Below are positions 18,201 through 27,100 of a stretch of DNA of 64,000 bases, piece by piece. The position numbers and the translations under genes were made by a program. The notes under the pieces were generated by a model, which was not told the DNA's origin, did not search any database, and was given only the letters and a program-made list of their open reading frames with translations. Where the stretch lies: positions 8,183 through 72,182 of the forward strand of contig JAJDAK010000013.1 of the NCBI GenBank assembly GCA_029261895.1, given 5' to 3'. Position 1 is the stretch's first letter. The number at the start of each line of letters is the position of its first letter. The stretch comes from Deltaproteobacteria bacterium. GTDB lineage: Bacteria > Myxococcota_A > UBA9160 > SZUA-336.

Positions 18201-21144
18201 CACTGAAGAACGCCGTCACCGTCACATCTGCGAAATCAGCCAACGCGTTGAACGTGAGTGAAGTCGGCGTGATCTGCAAACCGGTCAGTACCGCTGCGAC
18301 CGGAGCCACAACATCAGTCGGCGCGCTCGGGCTCGCGGATTCCGAGAGACTAAACGCAATTAATCGAAGAACGTCCCCGGAGATTGCGTTGACGGTGGTA
18401 GTGAAGGCGCCTGTGGCGTCAGCGAAGACGGTAGATTCGGTGGCATCGGTGAGGTTGGTGACGTCGATGCGAGCGCCAGGAACGCTCGTGCCTGTGATGG
18501 TGGTTTCACCGTTGCTATCCGGAACTGAGACTGTACTCACGAGCGGGGCGGCAGGCGGGTTGCCAGTTGGCTGATCCAGGACGATAAAATCGAGTACCGC
18601 GTCAGGGTTTGCGGCGCTATTCGTCACACCGACGTTATTCGTGGCTTGAATGATGACCTGATGCGCACCCGCGGCGAGCGCGGCGGTATCGACCAAGAAG
18701 GCCTCGCTACCCTCGAAGAGTGGCGTACCACCGAGCGTATCGAGGAAAAAACTCACGGACGCGATGCCCACCGGGTCGTCCGCATTGCCGTTGACCGAGA
18801 ACTGCGAACCCACGATGTACTCGGCACCATCGGCTACACCGACGAATTCAACCATCGGCTCGTTCGGATTCTCGACCAGCTCAAAGCTAAACGTGTCTTC
18901 GGTTGTTTGGCCGAGACCGTCCTCCGCGACGGCGCGAATGGTATGCGGCCCCAGTGGCAACTCGCTGGTTCGCAACGACGCCTGGAACGGTGAGATGAAC
19001 ACCGTCTTAAAGGGTTCGAGTTCGGCGTCGAGGAAGTACGTGATCCGCTGCACCGCACCGGAAACAAACTCGGGAATCACCGTGACCGAAATACCCTGCA
19101 GGACCGGATCATTCGGATCATCGGGCAGGATCAATGTTGGCGGTGCATTCGAGGTCGCGATCACGGCAGCGACGGTCGCGTCTTGACGGTTGCCCGCCTT
19201 ATCGAAAGCGCTGCCCTTAAACTGATAGGTATGGCCGGGCACGAGTCGACCTGAATCGATCGCAAACACGCAGGGCAAGGTCGTCGAATCAAAGACGGTC
19301 TTCTGATCGATCAACTCAAATGTGGGATTGTTGGCATCCTGGTCTTGGATCCGCAGTTCAACGCGATCGAGTCGACTGCCTTGGTCGGTGGGGAATGCGT
19401 CGATCTCTATGATCTGCCCGGGCAAGACGTTCGTCGGGTCGACCGGCGGTTGAATCGCCATCGTGAGGAACGGTGGCGTCGTGTCGTTCGTTGGATCCGT
19501 CGTCGTAAACGTGCTGGTCCACTCATTGAAGAGTTGATTGCCGTCGAGGTCTCGAATGCCGTTGCTGACAAAGATGGTGTACTCGGTGTTGCCATCGAGC
19601 TTGCCGAAGTTATCGAAGCGCTGCCAAACCGCCGCCGTGCGTTCCAAAATGATATCGGTCTGAATAAACCCGGGAACGGCCTGGCCCAGATCATCGAAGA
19701 CAGTGAACGTTGATTCCGACTTGATCGTGTCGTCATCCATCTTCTCGCTGAAGAACGCGACTACGGGCGAATCGGGATTGATGCCGAAACTATTTGGGGT
19801 CGGTAGCACCGAGACGGTGGGAATGCCCTCGGGCTCACCGAGATCCGGCGGGAATTTTCCTACGACACAACCCAAGTTCCCAACGAAGACCTCAAGCGCG
19901 ATGTTCTGATCTGAGACGCCCATGCATGAGCTCAAAGGTCCGGTCGAAAACGGTGTAACGGTAAAGATCTCAAGCACTTTTTGACCGGGCAGAATATGGC
20001 CCAGGTCTCGCGTCTGCGAGCCTTCGATCAATACGCAATCCGGTTCCATCGTCGCTTCGTTGATGGTGCATTCCGTGAGTTCCGCATCCGCACCCACGTC
20101 GAGTTCAAGCGAGGCATAGAGCGCAGGAATCTCATCGGTGTTGGTGATCTCAACACTGAGTTCGTACGGTTCGAATGCCGTGACCGTATCTGGGTGCACG
20201 ACTTTGACCGTGAACTGCGGCGGACCTTTGACCTCGACCTCCGTCAATGCCGAGCCACTGAACGGAATCGGATCGTTGGGATCGATGCCGGGGCCCGTGA
20301 GCTCGCCACCAAAGTCCACGCGCACGGGCTGAACACCGATCTCATCACCGCGAATGATGAACTCTCGTTCCTTTTGTGCGGGCGATGTCGGAGTTCCCGG
20401 AAGAATCGTGTTGAAGAGCGCGATGCCGTCAGCCGGGAAGGTATTCGAGAGCCCGCCTTCGGGAAAGTCGATCATCGCCGTCACGTTCTCCAACGTGAAG
20501 ATGCCCGATGTGTTCATCAGCAGCAGACGCACGCTGAAGAATTCTTTCAGTGTCTTGATATCACCCTGAATGATAATGACACCCGGGATTCGGGGTCGAA
20601 TCTCTAAGTCGCCGGGCGGCCTAGTTTCAAAAACGATGATCTGCGTATCCGAAACCCTTCCTGCTCGACCGCCGCCGAGCACACGCTTCTTTAACAGAAT
20701 CTCCTCGAATTCTTCCTCTGGTACCTTGGGAATCGCGACGGGAATATCGAATACGAAGGATTCCTTCGCGATCGTGAGCGCGATCGCGAAGCTCGACACG
20801 TTGAAGTTCTCAGGGTCGTCGAGGTCGATGATGCCGTCTTCGACGAGTTGCTCGATCTCCTCGACCGAGAGCCGTTCGGCTTTAACTTCGGCGACAACGA
20901 TTTCATCCAGGGAGATCTGTGTAATTTCGAGGTCGCGCGAAACTTCATTGCCCGCATTGTCTTCCGCAGTCACGGTGAAACGGTTCACCGCGTTCTTACG
21001 CAGCGGGACATTCGGGAAGACCCACTGCCCGGCCGTGTTTGGATCCTGCGGACCAAGTCGCGCGCCACCGTTCAGCGAGATCGTCGTGTCCGCCGAGGCG
21101 GTCATCGCGAAGAGCAGCATCAGCGTGGTGAAGAAAGGCCTCAT
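12247..21144 (-). CDS. giant secreted protein (2,965 aa): Ig-like N-terminal half plus five glycine-rich beta-solenoid-like modules
   Basis: The track ORF 12247..21207 is trimmed to the ATG at 21144 (MRPFFTTLMLLFAMTASA-DT, a Sec signal peptide). That ATG overlaps the upstream stop as ATGA. Domains by eye: an SbsA/Big_5-like Ig domain (approx 19498-19821); further Ig-like units with TPP.V..L.P boundaries; two Big_2 domains (approx 17773-18285); then the Gly-rich array at 12250-16719. No C-terminal sorting signal recognised. Confidence 0.85.
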   Translation of the reverse strand: MRPFFTTLMLLFAMTASADTTISLNGGARLGPQDPNTAGQWVFPNVPLRKNAVNRFTVTAEDNAGNEVSRDLEITQISLDEIVVAEVKAERLSVEEIEQLVEDGIIDLDDPENFNVSSFAIALTIAKESFVFDIPVAIPKVPEEEFEEILLKKRVLGGGRAGRVSDTQIIVFETRPPGDLEIRPRIPGVIIIQGDIKTLKEFFSVRLLLMNTSGIFTLENVTAMIDFPEGGLSNTFPADGIALFNTILPGTPTSPAQKEREFIIRGDEIGVQPVRVDFGGELTGPGIDPNDPIPFSGSALTEVEVKGPPQFTVKVVHPDTVTAFEPYELSVEITNTDEIPALYASLELDVGADAELTECTINEATMEPDCVLIEGSQTRDLGHILPGQKVLEIFTVTPFSTGPLSSCMGVSDQNIALEVFVGNLGCVVGKFPPDLGEPEGIPTVSVLPTPNSFGINPDSPVVAFFSEKMDDDTIKSESTFTVFDDLGQAVPGFIQTDIILERTAAVWQRFDNFGKLDGNTEYTIFVSNGIRDLDGNQLFNEWTSTFTTTDPTNDTTPPFLTMAIQPPVDPTNVLPGQIIEIDAFPTDQGSRLDRVELRIQDQDANNPTFELIDQKTVFDSTTLPCVFAIDSGRLVPGHTYQFKGSAFDKAGNRQDATVAAVIATSNAPPTLILPDDPNDPVLQGISVTVIPEFVSGAVQRITYFLDAELEPFKTVFISPFQASLRTSELPLGPHTIRAVAEDGLGQTTEDTFSFELVENPNEPMVEFVGVADGAEYIVGSQFSVNGNADDPVGIASVSFFLDTLGGTPLFEGSEAFLVDTAALAAGAHQVIIQATNNVGVTNSAANPDAVLDFIVLDQPTGNPPAAPLVSTVSVPDSNGETTITGTSVPGARIDVTNLTDATESTVFADATGAFTTTVNAISGDVLRLIAFSLSESASPSAPTDVVAPVAAVLTGLQITPTSLTFNALADFADVTVTAFFSDASSTDVTNQVAYDSDNIAAASVSGTGRVLAIADGTANISATLNGVMDQIPVNVDVVTLDSFTVAPTTISFTFLQQTVQIGVTGFFSDGSSSPLTEGNAYSIGNPSVATVNTSGLVTAIGEGSTSVFVSRSGEIPIEIPVSVDIASDPPPTVEILSPGDGAEFERGEQITLSVRGTDAPGGVSIFDVDVTGSATFSEVRVLGTPSVNTIQLFNFNVDANAPISSTIDIDAFTEDTSGGVSPVDSISLTVVDDTPPTVQLLSPVPDTQFNFGDTVTLRVTAQDDVALAEVGFNTSGALVTSDSIVVSGNDANATLTFDVPFGLTDPDVRITAFARDASGNETDAAPVDILITDADITPPMTEVISVGNPGSSATTTVGYQITDGVADIDHVRLFFRRDGIGTFNRFTDPAGGNPLGEFVPQSGSNGTIEFDSTRMGGDGDFEFFTLGVDAAGNLEDVMTDPNIGKPVADILPATTFSTGTAVATFNLDTEILAPIFDDQNIRIDGATVTIVGAHAFRNVEIVNGGKLTHRKTDLVDEFELDLDVWTLTVDMTSSVDVSGLGYLGGKATSESGQTLGNVPGSTSQTGGSYGGLGGDGVSGSGGTPNPVYGDLTNPMELGSGGGASGGTDGGDGGGLLLLNAINVAVDGSIRSNGALGAGSRAGEGSGGGINIATRTLSGMGTVQADGGSRNGVDGTGGGGGRIAISYLDLTTANLGNITAQGGNGFFDDGADGTVFLKQDDQVDGDLVISGVGPGSPFTDLVLPAGQVFDNLTLINGARVIARSKIVISGTLLLTGDSVLTHPSEDPNGLLITADSVIVELGSEIDVTGRGHRGGKATSESGRTLGDILGSTSQSGGSYGGLGGDGVSGGGGIPNQVYGNPKRPNRLGSGGGASGGTDGGDGGGYLRLIVSNEVHVDGALRADGGLGNGSRAGEGSGGSIWITTSKLSGVGTISANGGSRNGVDGTGGGGGRIAIEYDFIDPLDDLNGQRNITAFSGIGFFARATAGTIFLHQTGQSDGDLIIDDAESSKTTTHGTPLLPMGPGVAQAVTANSLTVDGTLPGFLPNAFVGHHLNPNIVQAEVFEIASNDANSITVVTPNGNGVDFASVAGVGASYAGSWIFDNLEFRRGGYLILADLLRVNDTIDLKEFGLLTHPESNLVYEATLDVTTDRLLIDPNSRIEVTARGYLGGKATSESGRTLGNVLGATDQAGGSYGGLGGDGKFGGGSIPNPIYGDLTDPIDLGSGGGASGGTDGGDGGGRIFIDANEIVNDGAILSNGGLGNGSRAGEGSGGSIGIQTTSLDGTGVIRADGGSRNGVDGTAGGGGRIALRYNTATLPLTNVSVLGGNGFFDDGGNGTVFTKTPGQTFGDLIIDGFGTSEPDDASIIPSGFSFDNIILRNGAHTVSEAGISVSGALEIRGNSTLTHAKQSEAGLLINADSIFVEAGSAIDVTGRGYRGGKSGSERGTTLGGVTGTHDQVGGSYGGIGGDGDSNSGFPDPVYGDPKRPSLLGSGGGASGGTDGGDGGGFVRLIVTNELRVDGAIRSNGGLGNGSRAGEGSGGSIWITTGMLAGTGEIRANGGSRGGFDGTAGGGGRVAIYMDSLDATDDLSGLRNVSAFGGNGFFGPDGAAGTIVTNTNEQLAGDLIIDGGTPGATWPVATDLMLIGPGITAAVTGDVLTVDGALGPFLANGFVGNFVNPDTSQDEVFEITSNDANSITVITPNSNGVDFSSVASVSAEYVGYFIFDNLEFRRGGHLNTSDQLDVTGTIDLKEFGRLTHEKTSDSYAGKLDVMTGTLVIDPNSAIDVTGLGFLGGKDTSESGTTVGFTTGSTSQTGGSHGGLGGDGTSAGTGVPNPVYGDVLNPVDLGSGGGAIGGTDGGDGGGRILIIADDVINNGAIRANGGLGNGSRAGEGSGGTVNLAVETYSGIGAVSADGGNRSGADGTGGGGGRIAINASVSASVGGAVTSTGGDGFFGDGEDGSISIQAP
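12250..16719 (-). repeat. coding super-repeat: 623/624-aa (1,869/1,872-nt) unit present about 2.4 times, containing five glycine-rich modules
   Basis: Anchor strings are IFDNLEFRRGG at 14841 and 12972, and IFDDQNIRIDG near 16719. The Gly-rich cores lie at roughly 16087-16527, 15286-15723, 14215-14655, 13414-13851 and 12349-12786. Confidence 0.85.
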
Positions 21145-24100
21145 GGCAGCTGAAGCTCCCGTCGTGACAGACCCACGGGCTCCATCGGGATGACGACGGC
21201 CTGCCACTCGTCTTCGCCGGTCGCTACGTTCGAGAGCTGAACCCGCGCACGGATCTCTCGGCGCTGATGATCGAACTCGGTCGGATCCAGCACGAAATGC
21301 GGATTGCCGTTACGGTCGAGCCTCACCAATACGTCGTTCTCCTTGCTGAAGTTCACCGTCTTCATCGCACGGATTTCGTTGGTCTTCTTTACAACCACCG
21401 GCAGCAGGAACTGCTGAACACCCGATCGAGTAGATACCACGAGCTTCTTGCGTTCCTGATCCAGCTCGATATCGAATGGCGAATCGTTGACACTAAGGAT
21501 GGGCACTGCGTTCGGCGGGTCGGCCAAGACGTCTTCGAGTGCCCTGAGCTCGTCGATCGTGATCGTGAAGATGTCTCCCGAGTTGAAATCGGCAAAGTAG
21601 AAGTTGCCGGCTTCATCAAACGCCATCCCTGAGAACTGGCGACCCGATTCAATGATCAAGGCGAGAAGCGAACCGGTGCCCAGACTCACGTTGTGGGTAA
21701 TCAGCCAGATTTTATCTTTATCGGAGAGATAGATGCGTTGGATCTCGCTGCCCTCTTCCCGCGGCAGAATTTCCATATCCGACGGCCCACTGAGATCCAA
21801 AAGGTCGCTTTCGATCAACGTCTGCCCGACCAGGCGGATCCTTTGAAATTGCGTGCCATAAGAGTTGGGGAACGCTTCCGCGGCTCCGACCGGAATCGCC
21901 TTGATCTGTTTGCGCCCCGCCCCTCCGGAGTTGTTGTTGTTATCGAGGAAGTCGATATTCGCGATGAAGTAAGTCGGCACGTCCTTACCCGCCAGATTGA
22001 ACTCGCCGATCGCACCCGTAATTGGATTGGCGGGTCGCGCGTAGAGGAGCATCTGACTGAAATAGTTGATCGAACCCGCAAACTCGCGACGGAAGTTCTC
22101 TCCGGGGAACCAGCGGAAGTTGCGACCGCCGTAGCGTTGGTTCGAATTGAAGTTATTGGCGTAGATCAAGTCGTTCGGGTCCACGGATAAAAATTCGGGA
22201 GGGAATCCGGCACGGATCTCAAAGAAGTCCTCGCCTGCATCGGGATATAAGGTAGTAAGCCAACCCTGCTTGCGTTCGTCGAGCTGTTCACCGGTCGCCG
22301 GGTCAATGACGGGTTGACCGTCGTCATCCACCACCAATGTACCCTTGCGCCCCGCAAGAATACCGCGGAAGTTATTCAAGTTCGGATGCGCTTCGATGAC
22401 AATCGGTGCAGTTTCACGGCTAAAGTTCGTGAACATGTGGACCGCAGAGAAATCGCTGTAGATGACCTTGAACGCTTTGCTGAAATCGTTCCAAACGTCT
22501 TTGAGCGCGATGAAGTTTGCACCCGCGGACGCGACCTGTGCACCGCGTTGGATGCCCTTCTTGTTACGAACTAACACATTCTGTTGGTTGCGAGAATTTG
22601 CGCGCCGGTTTTGCATGCCGACTTCAGCCCGCTGATAGTCGACTTGCGCGTTTGTCCGATTGCGCTCCAACGAGCGCTGAACTTCAGCGCTGTCCTTAAT
22701 CCGAGCCTTTTCAGCATCCCACTCCGGCCCAACGCGCTCCCGTACCATATCGTCGGATAGGCGATTGACCTCGGTATTGGCCGCCTCGAGCTTCGGACGC
22801 GCATCCTTAATCGTTTCCTTTTCGAGTTCGATCGTGTTGTTCACGAACTCATCAAAGATCGCAAGGTCGGCTGGGTTACTCGGATTCACATCGAAGTCGA
22901 ACGGAATGACCGAACCATTCGGCTGGATCTGGTCGAATTGGACTTCAACCGTCCGAGTGGAACCGAAGTTCCGAAGCCGCTGCATATCAGTTTTGAGCTG
23001 ATCGATATCCGCAAGCGAGTCCTGGGCCAGGTTGATGCGAGTTTTTTGGAACTCCGCGTTCTTGGTTTCAAGCGCGATGCCGGTGAGGTTCGTTTCCACC
23101 CCAGGGGGCAAGGTCCGCAATGGATCGCCGAGAATGTCTCTTGCTCGCCCGTTCGCATCCGATTCGACGCGCACGAGGTCGAAAGGGTCCGAACCACTCG
23201 CACCGTGCTCAATCGCAAGGCGCTTCAGCTGATCCGCTTCGCGGATACCCTGCGCGTGCTCGTTGCGGAAACCCGCGAGGTCGGTCGAACTTCGACTACG
23301 GTGCCGCGATTCAGCGGCCCCCAACGCATCCATCTCATAGCGAGATTGATGGATCGCCTCATCGAAATCGACTTGAAAGTCTCGCTGAAAGTCAGCACGT
23401 GCGCGCATTTCAATCAGTGCAGCTTCGGATTCGGTAAGGTCGAATTTAAACTTCACAATCGTACTGTCGCTCACCGTATCAGGGATCGAAGTGTTCACAC
23501 CTAATTGCGACTCGAAGGGGAACGCGATCCGTGCCGCATTCAGACTGAACTCCGCCTGGGAAACGTACTGCACGGTTGCGATGCGGAAGAAGTGCACGCC
23601 GATCCGAAGGCGTGCTACCGGAATCACGAATTGCAACTTGCCGGGGTTGTCTAACGATTGTTCAAGCGTGGCAAAGTTGACCAACGTCGCGTTGCCGATG
23701 TTGAGTGTCTCTGGGTTATTGAATTCAAAGAGCTGATAGGTAAAGCGCACCCATTCATCGGGAATCCCCGGTGAAAACGGTGGCGCGGATTCCGCGCCAC
23801 TGGGCGAGAACACCAGAATAAACTTATCGCCCTCGATTCGGCTCGACTCCGGGATCGGTGGCGGCGGTTCAACGCTTTGCGCAGCGGCGGCCAAACCCAA
23901 GCCGAAGAGCAGCTTTTGAATGATGGCATCCATCACACCGCCGAGCAGCGCGGTTACCGCGGCAGTCGCTGCAACCGCACCCAACGCACCGCCCGTCGCC
24001 CCCGCAGAAGCCGCGAGTGCGACCTGCATCGCTACCGCGATGGCCGCGCCAATCGCATTACCGATCGTCACTTCAGCCAGGAATGCCTTGCCGGAGTAAC

Positions 24101-27100
24101 TCATGATACGCGTAAAGGTTCGAGCGCGGAACGGGTTGTCGACACCACCCGCGTTATTGAGTGTGATGCCACCCTCTTGCGCGTGCGCCACACCGGTGCC
24201 GATGAAGTCCTCAACAAGTGAATCGATTGCGGCGTAGAATTGGCTGCGCGACTCGAGCGAACGCGGCGCGCCGGCGACAACGGAATTCGGATCCACGCCC
24301 TGGTCGATGATGATTTCATCGATCGATTGTTCGATGGTGGTCTGATTGAAGACCAGGAAGCTCTGAAGGAGTAACGCGGCCTGCACGCGGTTGAGGCGCG
24401 TGTTGGGCGAAAGCAGCGGCGGCTCGACGCTGACCTGGGTACCGTCATTAAAGAGTGTGAGGGCCATCGCGTTGAGCGGGTTTTCAGGTTCTGCCCAAGC
24501 GACGTTGACGGCTTCCTGCCAACCGAGAATGGCGTTTTCGAGCACCAGGTCTTCGCCGAAGAAGCTGAAGATATTCGTCAGCATCCAGACGATGTCTCGG
24601 AGCGTGTAGACATCGCCGCCGATCAGTGCGCGTGCTTGAGCTTCGAGACCCTTGGGCGTGAGGGAAAGAATGCCCTCGCCAACGATATTCGGATTGAGCT
24701 GATTGCCGTCTTCATCGAGCAGCCCGACGTCGTTGCCACCGACCGTGAGATAGACATCGCGCACCAACTCGATGGCTTGATCAAGATCGAGGCCACCGCC
24801 GTCTTTCGCGCTAAAGCCGCGATCCAGAACACTCGCGGGTGAAGGTTCTGCCGGCAACGAACCCGCGGGTGCCGCAGGGCGTGCCAGAGCGCGCAAGCTG
24901 ATTTCATCGCCGAGGCTGATCTCCTGGTTGGTGTCGACCGCGATTTCGATCTTATTGACCTTGAAGTTCGGCGCCATCACGAGCAGCGTTTGAATGCCAT
25001 CCGGCACGCCGTCCAAGAAGAAGCTGCCATCCGCGCCTGTCGTCGTGGAGATATTGGTGCCGTTGATGGTGATCAACACGCCAGCAAGCGGTGCCTGCGT
25101 GAATGGATCAATGACCTTACCCGCAACACTGGCCGCGCCTTCGGTCACATTGAAGGCGACCGCCGAATAAATCTCACCGTCGGCTTCCACCATCTTGACC
25201 TGGCGTTGACCGACTTCGGCGTCTTCGTCGATTTGCACCGTCGCATGTGCTGATGTCGGCGACAGAATCTCAAAGTCGGTGACTTCGGTACCGGGACCGA
25301 AGTCGGGCACGCTCTTTCCAGCCTCAAACGCTGTATTCAACGCGTTGAGGTCGACCTCAACGGTGCGTCCCTGTCGTCCGGTCGCAGGACTCAGTCCGGT
25401 GATGAAGGCGGGAATCTCAGGTGCGGCCGGCTGCCCCGGCTCGCCCGTCACGTTACCCGAGATCGTTTGGCGCGTGCGGAACGTCGGCGAAACCGTCTCG
25501 TCAACCACGAGCTCCAGCACCTCTGCCGGTGGGGTCACGTCATTGATGAGAATCGTCACCGTCAGCGGAACCATGACGGTGCCATCGCTGACTTCGAAAT
25601 CTACGTCAACGCTACCCGACTGATCGAAACTCGGCCGAAATGTGAAGACGCGCGTGATCTCGTTGAAGAAACTATTTTCAAGTGCCAGCCCCGGTGCGCT
25701 GAAGCGGAGTGGATCGCCGTCGGTATCCGTCGCTGAAACCGCAAAATTCAGCTCCTGGCCTTCATCAACGGTCGGCGAACCCGCAGGATCGAAGATCGGG
25801 GGTTGATTGTCCTTGAGGACCTCAACAGTCACCAACGTCGAAACGTTTTCGTTCGCGAAACGCGCGCTGAAGGCAAGCGTGTGAAACCCGACCTGATTGG
25901 GATCAGGCGTAAAGGCGAAGAGGCCTGAATTCAGATCCGCGTTCGATGGCAATGGGTCCACACCGAGAATCGCATCCGCGTAATTTGAACTGACCGGGAG
26001 TTGCAGCTCGTCACCCACATTGACCTGGAACGCGCCACTCGGTGAAAGCAATGAGAGCGGGTCATCGATAATGGTCAGATCAAATGACTGCCGCGCGTTC
26101 AAGCCATTCGGGTCTTGCACACGCAGGATCAACGTAACCGGACCGACGGCACCCGTCGGGGGTGTCCAAACAACCAGGCCGGAATTCGGATCGATCGTCA
26201 TGCCAGTCGGTGTATTGGCATCAAAGAGGTAAGTGAGCGGATCCTGCTCAGGATCGAACGCTTCTACGTCGTAAGTGTAGAGCTCGCCGACTTTGGCATA
26301 GGGCTGGGGAAACGACGTGATGATCGGAGGATCGTTCGTCGTCCCTACATTGATCGAGTAAATCTGCTTCGATGCCTGACCCGCTGCATCGGTGACGCGA
26401 ACCTCGACATTGTGATTGCCAAGTTGGCCCTCGCGCGGAACCCAGCTCACCTTCCCCTCGCTCGACATACTCATGCCGGCGGGGCCAGCACCCAAAGTGT
26501 AGAACAGCGCCGCTTGCTCGGGATCTTCCGCTAATACGGGATAGTCGTAGATGCGATTCTCGAATCCAGTAACAGGCGGCGTCGAAAGAATATTCGGTGG
26601 CAAATTTCCGGCGCAGAGCGCCACGTCGTCGACTTCGCCATTGCAGTCATCGTCGATCTGATTCTCACAGAGCTCCGGCAACGGCGCACCGGCTTCGCAG
26701 GTTTGGAGTTCACCAAAGAGACAGTTGTCGACGGTCCTGAAGCAAGCACCGATGCCGCAGCTGCTTTGGCCGAGCTCGTCATCGATCTCGCCGTCGCAAT
26801 CGTTATCGATCCCGTCACAGGTTTCGATCTCAGGATTCGTCGCCGCACAGATGGAATCACCAAAGGGACCATCGGGGCAAGTGGTCAGACCATTAGCGCA
26901 AACACCCTCGAGCCCGGTCTCACAAACCTCACCCACGATGCAGCTGACCACCTGGCAGAGTGGCGGATCATCGACCACGCCATTGCAGTCGTCGTCGAGA
27001 TCGTTCGAACAAACCTCGGTGACCGCGCCCGCATTGGGGTCGCAGAGCTGAGGCTGACCGTCCTGGCAGTTATCGACGCTCTTCGCGCAGATCCCGATGC

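Noticed and set aside
21145-21207. N-terminal extension of the second giant ORF (MAGRRHPDGARGSVTTGASAA) overlapping the first by 67 nt
   Set aside because: The ATG at 21144 gives a textbook signal peptide and a 4-nt ATGA coupling. The extension has no hydrophobic or conserved character.
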